From positions 6,673 through 70,672 of the forward strand of contig JAVZXS010000002.1 of the NCBI GenBank assembly GCA_038886535.1: a stretch of DNA of 64,000 nt. Reading direction: 5' to 3'. A program made the position numbers and the translations under genes. Below the pieces are notes generated by a model. The model had not been told where the DNA came from and did not search any database. It saw only the letters and a list, made by a program, of their open reading frames with translations. This document shows, piece after piece, positions 47,445 to 55,224 of this stretch. Numbering within the stretch: position 1 is the first letter of the stretch; each line of letters begins with the position of its first letter. This DNA comes from Candidatus Micrarchaeia archaeon. Its GTDB lineage: Archaea; Micrarchaeota; Micrarchaeia; CABMEP01.

Positions 47445-47801
47445 ATGAAGAAATTAGGAGTATTGATGGCATTATTTCTTTTAGGAACATTGGTTTTTGC
47501 ACAGACCGGTTCATCAACAGAAGCAAGTACAAAGCTTAAATCCGTTCTTAGAACTGTTTGTGATCTTTCTGCAGGACTTTTAGGTCCAATAGCATTTGTA
47601 CTTATTGTTCTTGCAGGAGTAGTATATGCAGGCAGTCAATTCTTTGGAGCTGAAGCTAGAGCAACAGGTTCAAAATGGGCAATGACAATGATAACTGGAG
47701 CAATAGTAGCATTCTTGCTATGGATTATAGGTCCAATGATAATTTCTGCATTCGGTGGTGGCAGCTACCAGATCGGTTCAAGTGCATGCTCTGGTTTCTG
47801 A
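47445..47801 (+). CDS. VirB2/TrbC-like pilin paralog 1
   Basis: Sec signal peptide ending VFAQ. Mature part is a Ser/Thr-rich N-terminus, then helix 1 (LLGPIAFVLIVLAGVVYAG), the loop SQFFGAEARATGSKW, and helix 2 (AMTMITGAIVAFLLWIIGPMII). Exactly 2 Cys in the mature region. Confidence 0.6.
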   Translation: MKKLGVLMALFLLGTLVFAQTGSSTEASTKLKSVLRTVCDLSAGLLGPIAFVLIVLAGVVYAGSQFFGAEARATGSKWAMTMITGAIVAFLLWIIGPMIISAFGGGSYQIGSSACSGF

Positions 47802-47832
47802 TTGATAATATTTTTTCTTTTAGTTGATTGCC

Positions 47833-48237
47833 ATGTCAGATGCAAGGACTAGATTTAAAGGTCATTCAAAGAAATCAAAAAGCAATTCAACCTTATATTG
47901 GCTAGTCTTTGCTGTTTCTTTTATTTTTATTATTTCATTTTCGTTTGCACAGACCATCGGTTCTACACAGGCGTCAGACAAACTTAAAAAAACACTTTGC
48001 GATCTTTACAAAGATCTTAATTCAGTAATTCCAACTGTCGCATTTGTTCTCTTTGTTCTTGCAGGAGTTGCATATGCAGGAGGTCAATTCTTTGGAGCAG
48101 AAACAAGAGCAAAGTCAATATCCTGGTCAATGTCAATGGTGACTGGTGCAGTAGTTGGATTATTAATTGTTCAGGTTGCGTCCGTTCTTATTTCAAATCT
48201 TTCAGGTTATCAATTAAAGGACATTTGTCCTGTTTAA
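47833..48237 (+). CDS. VirB2/TrbC-like pilin paralog 2, with a long basic n-region on the signal peptide
   Basis: Signal ends ...SFSFAQ. Core is VIPTVAFVLFVLAGVAYAGGQFFGAETRAKSISWSMSMVTGAVVGLLIV. 2 Cys (TLCDL, DICPV). Confidence 0.6.
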   Translation: MSDARTRFKGHSKKSKSNSTLYWLVFAVSFIFIISFSFAQTIGSTQASDKLKKTLCDLYKDLNSVIPTVAFVLFVLAGVAYAGGQFFGAETRAKSISWSMSMVTGAVVGLLIVQVASVLISNLSGYQLKDICPV

Positions 48238-48312
48238 ATAGTCAATATTTAAATTTTAAATATCTAACATCTTTTTAAATTTTTATTTATAATTTGTTAG
48301 TAAGGTGTTTAA

Positions 48313-48672
48313 ATGAAAATCAATATCTTAATGTCAATAGCCTTTATGTTATTATTGTTTTCGTTCTCATTTGCACAGGGAACTTCTGATGTTACAGAAA
48401 GGTTAGTAGTGGGATTGAATGATGTATGTGTTCAATTGACACAGATTCTTCCTATAATTGCTATTGTATTGTTTGTACTTGCAGCAGTAATTTATGGAAT
48501 TGGTCATATATTTGGTGCAGAGATGAAATCAAAGGCCACAGGCTGGGCTACTTCTATGGTTGTTGGAGCAGTTATCTCGCTTCTAATATTCTTGTTGGCA
48601 AGACCTATTCTAGGCATTTTTATTCCAGAGATATCCACCTCTGACTTCTGCACAGAAAGATTCTATCCATAA
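48313..48672 (+). CDS. VirB2/TrbC-like pilin paralog 3
   Basis: Signal ends ...SFSFAQ. Core is ILPIIAIVLFVLAAVIYGIGHIFGAEMKSKATGWATSMVVGAVISLLIF. 2 Cys (DVCVQ, DFCTE). Confidence 0.6.
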   Translation: MKINILMSIAFMLLLFSFSFAQGTSDVTERLVVGLNDVCVQLTQILPIIAIVLFVLAAVIYGIGHIFGAEMKSKATGWATSMVVGAVISLLIFLLARPILGIFIPEISTSDFCTERFYP

Positions 48673-48720
48673 ATTTTTTATTTCACTTTTTGGCATATTC
48701 TCTTTTATTCCTTTTTCTAT
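48673..48720 (+). terminator. Oligo-T tracts after pilin gene 3 (possible partial terminator/attenuator)
   Basis: T6 immediately after the stop, then several T3-T5 runs within a 97-nt spacer. Archaeal termination uses oligo-T. Confidence 0.35.
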
Positions 48721-48769
48721 TCAATACATAGCATTTAAAAACTTTTAAAGAAATAATAAAGCGATAGCT

Positions 48770-49591
48770 ATGGCACTCGGATTTACTACTAGACAAATGG
48801 CTTATGGGGCGATAGGAGTTTCCATATTAGTTTTCTTAATAATGGCAACACTTCCAGGGGGAAGTACTTTACAATTCATCATGGCAGGTTTGTCTTTATT
48901 TACTGCAGTATTGTCATTTATTCTTTGGAAATACGGATATTGGATGGTTCCATTCATAACAAAGAGGCTTAACATAATTGAAGTACATGATGGGCAATGG
49001 GAAACCACTCCAGCACAGGATGCAATAGTTAAAAAGATAGGAGATGAATATTATGCATCTGTTTTTCTTCACATTAAGATGTACAAATCTACAACAGAAA
49101 GATCTCAAGAAGAAAACATGGTTTTCATAGATTCATTTGAAAGAGCAATTGCAAACATAAAATATCCAGTAAAGATTGCAACACTTCTTTATGCTAAGGA
49201 CATAGCAAAATACAGAGAGGATATTGAGACAAAGAAATATGAAGCGCAATTAAAGCTTCAGAGAGAAAGAGAAAAATCAGAGCCCGATGTTTTGGCATTA
49301 GATAGATTGGAAAAGGAAGTAGCAATGTATGAGGCAGAGTTAAACAGAATCATTTCTGGAGAAAGGCCAATGGGATTGATTTCATATGCAATGACAACTG
49401 GGGTTGGAGTTACAAAAGATGCAGCAGTTGCAGTAGCAAAGAATCAGGCAGCTGAAATAAAGACATTGCTTGCAAACGCCCTTAATGTAGAGGTATCATA
49501 TTTGTATGGAGAAGATATGATGAAGTGTTATGATCTTGAACACATGGTTCCTCCAACAATAAAGGCATTGAAAGATTTTGTTGAGGCATAG
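48770..49591 (+). CDS. VirB3-like TM hairpin fused to a VirB4 N-terminal-like domain (hypothesis)
   Basis: N-terminus LGFTTRQMAYGAIGV plus two TM helices recalls the VirB3/TrbD entry motif (..TRP....GV). It is followed by a ~200-aa soluble domain with a coiled segment. Sits immediately upstream of the VirB4-type P-loop ORF. Confidence 0.4.
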   Translation: MALGFTTRQMAYGAIGVSILVFLIMATLPGGSTLQFIMAGLSLFTAVLSFILWKYGYWMVPFITKRLNIIEVHDGQWETTPAQDAIVKKIGDEYYASVFLHIKMYKSTTERSQEENMVFIDSFERAIANIKYPVKIATLLYAKDIAKYREDIETKKYEAQLKLQREREKSEPDVLALDRLEKEVAMYEAELNRIISGERPMGLISYAMTTGVGVTKDAAVAVAKNQAAEIKTLLANALNVEVSYLYGEDMMKCYDLEHMVPPTIKALKDFVEA

Positions 49592-49622
49592 TTTGGTAAA
49601 TTATTTTTTTATTGGTGAATAA

Positions 49623-51194
49623 ATGGGTGATTTAAAGATAAACGATGTTCAGAATACGGATATAGGAAGAAGAACAATCATTGTCAGCCCACCAGAGCCA
49701 CCCGCAGAATATCTAATGGGCGATCCTAAGGATTCAATATATTTAGGAAGAACAGCTGTTTTTAATGTTCCTTTCTATTGGAATTTCAAGAGATTAACAA
49801 ATCCACATATCGCAATAACAGGAATCACTGGTTCTGGTAAATCCTATTTGATAAAGACATTTCTCCTCAGGGCAGCACTAGTATGGAATGCAAATGCAAT
49901 CATCATCGACTGGGCTGGAGAATATAAGGCATGGGTTAAACAAGTCAATGGGGTTGTAGTAGCTCTTGGAAGAGGTTCTTATCTAAATCTTTTAGACCTT
50001 GGAGGCATGAAGCCTTCAGATAGGATAAAACAAGTAATAAGATCACTTGAAATACTTACTGATATAGGTCAATATCCAGAACAAAGGAGACTTATAGAAG
50101 AAGCGATAGAAAAGGCATATTTGAATGCAGGATTTAAGCTTTCAGAAAAGGATCAGAGAGATGCATTAGGCAATCCTCTAAGGCCGCCTACTCTTAAAGA
50201 CGTTCAAAAAATTCTACAACAAATGCTTGAGACAGGGACATATGAGTTTCCTGCAGAACTTCAGAATGCTATTTATAAGATAAAGAAGTTTACTCTTGAA
50301 GGTGATGATTATTTTGCAGAACAGTCTACTATAGATCTTGACAAACTTCTTACATCTGGTCTTGTTGCAATCGATCTCTCGGGATTGCCAGACGAAACTT
50401 TCCGTGCGCTTGCAGCTCTTACCATTCTTCAATTCATAAAAGAAAAGATGAGAATGGAAGGATGGAAGCCAGAGAAGGGAATAAAACTTTTTGTTGTGCT
50501 GGACGAAGCTTGGAAAATTTCGAAGGATGAGAATAGCGATGCAGTTATGATTGTAAGAGAAGGAAGAAAGTATCAATTTGCACTGATAGTTGCATCACAG
50601 ACTCCAACAGATATAAGTGAGGTAATATTCAGCAATGTAGGGACTGTAATTATGTTAAGATTAAAGTTTGAAAAGTATCTCGATTATTTGCAAAATTCAT
50701 TGAGGTTTAGTAATTATATAAGACAACAGATTTTGGGATTTGGAGTTGGGCAAGCTGCGATTTCTATGGCTTATGAGCAAACCACTCCATTCAGCGAAAC
50801 ATTCATACTTAAGAAGATTGACGGTGAAGAGCCAATAGTTGATTACTTCATCGATATTCTATCTGTGCTGACAGAAGCACAAAGAAGGGATGAGACAATG
50901 CCAAAGAGTTTTTCAATGGAAAGAACAGCATTCAAGAAGAGATTGAGAGAAATGGGACTTAGCGATCAAAGAGTAGAGGAGATATCTACACTAATTGAAA
51001 AGAAGGCAAAGCACATCGATGCAATAGAATTCGTGATAGAGCTTGAAAGAAGCGGAGTAAACAGGAAAACAATTACAATGTTCTTCAGAGAGCTTGGAAT
51101 TGATGATAGTACTATTATAAACATATTTACAAGAGCAGATCAGAAAAAGACAGGAGCAGGAGAAAGAGAATTAACTCAAATAACATTAGAATGA
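49623..51194 (+). CDS. VirB4/TrbE/CedB-type (DUF87-like) secretion ATPase, C-terminal P-loop domain, plus a helical C-terminal extension
   Basis: Walker A NPHIAITGITGSGKSYL. IIIDWAGEY. SYLNLLDL. PTLKDVQKIL. Walker B LFVVLDEAWK. REGRKYQFALIVASQTPTDI. About 110 aa of extra helical repeats at the C-terminus. Confidence 0.75.
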   Translation: MGDLKINDVQNTDIGRRTIIVSPPEPPAEYLMGDPKDSIYLGRTAVFNVPFYWNFKRLTNPHIAITGITGSGKSYLIKTFLLRAALVWNANAIIIDWAGEYKAWVKQVNGVVVALGRGSYLNLLDLGGMKPSDRIKQVIRSLEILTDIGQYPEQRRLIEEAIEKAYLNAGFKLSEKDQRDALGNPLRPPTLKDVQKILQQMLETGTYEFPAELQNAIYKIKKFTLEGDDYFAEQSTIDLDKLLTSGLVAIDLSGLPDETFRALAALTILQFIKEKMRMEGWKPEKGIKLFVVLDEAWKISKDENSDAVMIVREGRKYQFALIVASQTPTDISEVIFSNVGTVIMLRLKFEKYLDYLQNSLRFSNYIRQQILGFGVGQAAISMAYEQTTPFSETFILKKIDGEEPIVDYFIDILSVLTEAQRRDETMPKSFSMERTAFKKRLREMGLSDQRVEEISTLIEKKAKHIDAIEFVIELERSGVNRKTITMFFRELGIDDSTIINIFTRADQKKTGAGERELTQITLE

Positions 51195-51249
51195 TGACCT
51201 AAACATATTCAGATTGTATATTCATGTAGAAGGATTTAGAGGGATTTTG

Positions 51250-51696
51250 ATGGCTAAAGTATGTATAATTGGAAAAGAAGAAGTCAAGGGAGGAAATTAC
51301 AAGAAAGTCAAGGAAGATATAGTTATCTCATCCATAAGGAATCTTAAGAGATTCTTTAAGATCGCTGCAGAAAACGAGCTTGTAGTGTGTGAGAATCATC
51401 TCGGAGAGGCAATTAAAAGAAGAAAGGAATTTGAATCATCAATAGTAAAGATAGTTGCTGTGGTTGCAGTGATAGCGGTTATAGCAATCATACTAGCTTT
51501 ACTCAATAACTCTCTCAATTTCATCCCAGCTACAATTTCAATGATCATCTTACTATTCATACTATTGATGTTTGTTTCTTTGTTTAGGTATTTCCCTGCA
51601 ATAGAAAATGCAGAAATAGTTTCGAATGAGAAAGAGAAAAAGCAAAAAGAGACTACAAAGCAATTTAAAGAAAAGCAAAAAGTAAAGAGGAGATAA
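51250..51696 (+). CDS. Small membrane protein (cytoplasmic N-domain, 2 TM helices, Lys-rich tail)
   Basis: ATG at 51250 after GAGGGA. TM helices IVAVVAVIAVIAIILALL and ISMIILLFILLMFVSLF. Confidence 0.5.
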   Translation: MAKVCIIGKEEVKGGNYKKVKEDIVISSIRNLKRFFKIAAENELVVCENHLGEAIKRRKEFESSIVKIVAVVAVIAVIAIILALLNNSLNFIPATISMIILLFILLMFVSLFRYFPAIENAEIVSNEKEKKQKETTKQFKEKQKVKRR

Positions 51697-51697
51697 G

Positions 51698-52444
51698 ATG
51701 GTTTCATTTGACAAGAAAGATCAACAGGTTTCATCAAGAGAACCATTCATCGAGGGATTTAGGATAGAAGCAAAGATGCTCAAAGGAACTCAGGAAATAA
51801 TAGATGCACTTTCGCCATTGCAGTTCTTAGACATAGTAGAAACAAAAACAGGAATAGCAGCAATTAATGTCGAGAGAAGAGACATTCAAAAGAATCCATA
51901 TCTCTTTTCCATAATCTATCTCAATCCAGATTGTATAGAGATAATATACAGCTATAACCCAGATGAGAGCCCAAAGAAAAGAAGATTAGAAATACTTCGC
52001 TACTTTTTGAATATTGTAACTCTTCTTGAGAATGTTTATTTCATTAATCACAAACAGCTTTATCAGGTTGTTGACAACTTCATGTCACGTCTTTTGGAAT
52101 ATACCTCTTCTACCTATGAGGAGCTTTTCTCAAAATATGATTCAGTAAAGGAAGAGTGCGACAGGATAAAGAAGCAGCTTGCAGAGGTAACAGCTGCAAA
52201 TGAAAGCCTCAGGAAATCAAACATGGAGCTGAAGGAGCAGCAGAATCAATTGATGCTTAGGATAAAGGAACTCGAGATGGTTTCAGATGATGTTCTCATC
52301 TCAAGAATACAGACATGGTTGGATGAACATAATTATGAGATAAACATTTCTGATTTCGCTAGAATAAATAAGGTCAGTGAGCAAAGAGTAGAAGAGATAC
52401 TTAATAAAATGGTAAGAGAAGGATATTTAATACAGAGAGAATAA
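51698..52444 (+). CDS. Cytoplasmic protein with an N-domain, coiled coil and C-terminal winged-HTH-like domain
   Basis: Heptad-rich segment (KEECDRIKKQLAEVTAANESLRKSNMELKEQQNQLMLRIKELE), then ISDFARINKVSEQRVEEILNKMVREGYLIQ. The start abuts the previous stop. Confidence 0.5.
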   Translation: MVSFDKKDQQVSSREPFIEGFRIEAKMLKGTQEIIDALSPLQFLDIVETKTGIAAINVERRDIQKNPYLFSIIYLNPDCIEIIYSYNPDESPKKRRLEILRYFLNIVTLLENVYFINHKQLYQVVDNFMSRLLEYTSSTYEELFSKYDSVKEECDRIKKQLAEVTAANESLRKSNMELKEQQNQLMLRIKELEMVSDDVLISRIQTWLDEHNYEINISDFARINKVSEQRVEEILNKMVREGYLIQRE

Positions 52445-52492
52445 CAAATGCTATGTTGATGATTTCTTAATATTCTAATAAAGAGGATAGGT

Positions 52493-55114
52493 ATGCAAGA
52501 TGAGAAAAATCAAACAAATCAAAGAAAATTTGCAAAGGTACATAGGGCAGTATACAAGTTTAATATTAGAAGGATGTTCATACCTATCAAGAGATTTATA
52601 AAAAAGACAAATGAATTCACCCCACAGATGATCTTGGATTCATTATCATCTTTATTCAAGCCAAAGGAGAAGTATGGTGAGAAAAAAGAACTCAAGCCAA
52701 TGAAACCAGTAAAGGCAATGCCTTCTCCTATAATGAATTTCATAATTGTATTCCTTTTATGCCTGTTGGCGATCGGAGGATATTTTCTTTTCATTTATTA
52801 CACTGGTCCTTCAGAGCCTGTGACTCCTCCGGTAACAGAAATACCAAAACCAACTCTTTCAGTAAATGTATTGAGCTCAGGCTATCTTGATTCTTCTTTT
52901 GACAAGACAAGATGGTTTGCCTTAGTTGAAATTTCTTCCCAGAATGCTACAAACATAAGCTTGGATATGGTTATTCAGCAGAATCCCATCCCAAATGATG
53001 TTTATATATTAAGAGTTCCAAACTACCAATTTGCATCAAACTATCCTCAGTTCTATTCTGTTCTGAAGAACAAGCTTGAGAAGAAAGGATTGTATCTTTC
53101 AGAAATAACTATAGATGAACTTGTCTCTTTGCCATCCACAAGAAAAATAATTTTAGTGGTTCCTTCAGGCTATCTCCCAGCTGTATTTGTTGGGGAGGAA
53201 TATGCAAATTTCACTCTAAAAAGCTTTGTTGAAAATGGAAATGTTGTAATCTACATAGGTTACAAACCAACAGACAGCATTCTTTATTCCAATTCTCCAA
53301 ACCCGCAGCCATTATCTCTAGATAAGATAGCAAGCTGGCAGCTTTCATTTGATCAAGCTACAGATCAGCCATCATTCTTCTCGTTCAGGAATCCATTGTA
53401 TTCTGTAAAGGCAGTAGGAAGTACATCAACCCGTCCAGCAGTAACAGGAGAACCTGGCGGTTTCTCTGTTAAGTGGGGTGGAGATGGGTTTGCATATTTT
53501 ATACCAACCACAATAGATTTCTGGTGGCAATTTTCAGGTGAGAAGTCTGCAGAGGAGCTTGCAGATGCGATAGTAAATGGAAAATGGGGCTATGGTCTTT
53601 CAAGAATACAGAAAACCATTCCTGTGAATGGTTCCATAAACAAGCAGATAATCATATTCAGCTCGCAATTTAAATTCCCGGACAGCACAAGGGTTTCAAG
53701 ATCTTATGGGAAGCTTTATGTTCAATCCCTGAATCAGGTAGAGAACCTAACTGAAATCAATGGTATTTCTCTTCCTGTCAGATTTCCAACCAGGCCGAAT
53801 GGCATTTTGATGCATGATGATGTAGCATTAAATTCAATCATAACTGGAAATCCTCTTGAGATAAAGTACTCTTTAAACGAAAATACAACTGAATTAAGAC
53901 AGCTTTATTTATCTGCCATATCAGAAAACAATGAAGAAATTTTATTCACGCCTATAACTGCTGCTCCAGTACCTCTTAAGCTTTCAAATGCAGTATATAG
54001 ATTTGATAACAGGCTTCCGCAAGGCAATTATATATTAAGAATAACAGATGACAGGCGAAACGTTTATGCACAATCATATCTTTCAATGGCATCTTTCAAT
54101 ATCGAACCTTACATCACAGATTTCATATCTGGCAATTATATCTTTAATGTATATTTCTCATCAACAGGTGAGCAATACACCTCTGATTTGAAGAATGTGG
54201 TTGTCTCAGTTGATGATGGAGACAAAAAGACACTCGAGGTAAGACAGGGTAGAATTTTATATAACGCCACTCCTATTACTGTGCCTGGTGTTCATATATT
54301 TAAATTTGAATTCGGGCCGGATACAATTATTCTTCCAGTAACTTACACAAGACCTGTTTCTATGTTTGAGAGGCCAGAAAACATAGCAATGGGAATAATC
54401 GCAATACTTCTCTTTGCAATCGGGTATTTGATTTCAAGACCAGAGGCAGTAAAATATTCAATAGATGTTCCAGATTTCCCACCCTTACAATCAATAGCAG
54501 TTCCAATAAAAAGAGAAAAAATATTGGACATGTTTGATTCGATAAATGCTGATCTTAAATGGAAATATACTCCACTTACAATCAATGATCTAAAGATGGG
54601 ATTCAAGAAGATAATGTTCAGAGGAAAACCTCTTCTTGTTGGCGATTACAATCTTGAAATGGTTCTTGACAAGCTTAAGGAAGAGGGATATGTTGTCCAG
54701 TCAATGGATTATTATGGATTAAAAAGATGGGAGAAGGAAACAAGAAAATCAATTTATTACCTTGCTCTTGTTAGGGCTCTTAGGGATGTGTTTGTAACAG
54801 AGGGAATTCCATTCCTTCAATTTGGACAGAGGGGAGATGCAGATACAGTACTAAGCTACGGTGGAGAAAAGGTATATATTCACATTTATGAATCTGATGC
54901 AGTTATAAAGAAGGCAATTCAAACTTCCTCTTTCGGAAGAACAATTATTGTTTTTGAGAATGAAACAGTGATGAATGATTTCCTATCCAGAATTCATACT
55001 CCGAGCCAGCAAAACGTAGTATTCAAATTGCTCCTTGACAACGGAAAGATAAGCGTTGCTCCAATAACAAGTTTCATGGATGTTCTGACAAAGAAAAAAA
55101 TATTTACTTACTAA
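52493..55114 (+). CDS. 873-aa bitopic membrane protein: short basic N-tail, TM, ~520-aa extracellular domain, TM, ~230-aa cytoplasmic domain
   Basis: TM helices IMNFIIVFLLCLLAIGGYFLFIYY and IAMGIIAILLFAIGYLI. The C-domain contains a wHTH-like segment, LEMVLDKLKEEGYVVQS. No family recognised. Confidence 0.6.
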   Translation: MQDEKNQTNQRKFAKVHRAVYKFNIRRMFIPIKRFIKKTNEFTPQMILDSLSSLFKPKEKYGEKKELKPMKPVKAMPSPIMNFIIVFLLCLLAIGGYFLFIYYTGPSEPVTPPVTEIPKPTLSVNVLSSGYLDSSFDKTRWFALVEISSQNATNISLDMVIQQNPIPNDVYILRVPNYQFASNYPQFYSVLKNKLEKKGLYLSEITIDELVSLPSTRKIILVVPSGYLPAVFVGEEYANFTLKSFVENGNVVIYIGYKPTDSILYSNSPNPQPLSLDKIASWQLSFDQATDQPSFFSFRNPLYSVKAVGSTSTRPAVTGEPGGFSVKWGGDGFAYFIPTTIDFWWQFSGEKSAEELADAIVNGKWGYGLSRIQKTIPVNGSINKQIIIFSSQFKFPDSTRVSRSYGKLYVQSLNQVENLTEINGISLPVRFPTRPNGILMHDDVALNSIITGNPLEIKYSLNENTTELRQLYLSAISENNEEILFTPITAAPVPLKLSNAVYRFDNRLPQGNYILRITDDRRNVYAQSYLSMASFNIEPYITDFISGNYIFNVYFSSTGEQYTSDLKNVVVSVDDGDKKTLEVRQGRILYNATPITVPGVHIFKFEFGPDTIILPVTYTRPVSMFERPENIAMGIIAILLFAIGYLISRPEAVKYSIDVPDFPPLQSIAVPIKREKILDMFDSINADLKWKYTPLTINDLKMGFKKIMFRGKPLLVGDYNLEMVLDKLKEEGYVVQSMDYYGLKRWEKETRKSIYYLALVRALRDVFVTEGIPFLQFGQRGDADTVLSYGGEKVYIHIYESDAVIKKAIQTSSFGRTIIVFENETVMNDFLSRIHTPSQQNVVFKLLLDNGKISVAPITSFMDVLTKKKIFTY

Positions 55115-55224
55115 TTAAACATTCACTTACTGCTTTACCTAATTTATATGCTACCATAAACAGTAAGTAAAAAATTAAGAATTATAAGAGATTGAATATA
55201 TGAGATTGAAAGATTATATTTTCT

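Noticed and set aside
47445-48672. Interpreting the small secreted proteins as archaeal type IV pilins (archaellin/Aap-like)
   Set aside because: They have Sec-type signal peptides with an A-x-Q/FAQ cleavage context rather than a class III (prepilin peptidase) signal. No PilB/FlaI-type ATPase, PilC/FlaJ platform or PibD is nearby. The two-helix hairpin and the adjacent VirB4-type ATPase fit VirB2/TrbC better.
49623-51194. Interpreting the ATPase as HerA (of the HerA-NurA-Mre11-Rad50 DNA repair set) because radA is nearby
   Set aside because: No nurA, mre11 or rad50 is adjacent. The motifs between the Walker boxes (NLLDL, PTLKDV) and the membrane-protein and pilin neighbourhood favour VirB4/CedB. 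A profile search is still needed to settle this.
45203-55114. Integrated conjugative or plasmid-like mobile element
   Set aside because: The window shows no integrase, relaxase, replication or partition genes, and no flanking direct repeats. The only tRNA is 30 kb away, and the flanks are core genes. A degraded element cannot be fully excluded.
55131-55168. Inverted repeat ACTTACTG ... CAGTAAGT between the convergent 873-aa gene and the GT4 gene, as a bidirectional terminator
   Set aside because: The loop is about 22 nt and there is no oligo-T tract on the correct side for either transcript, so this is weak.
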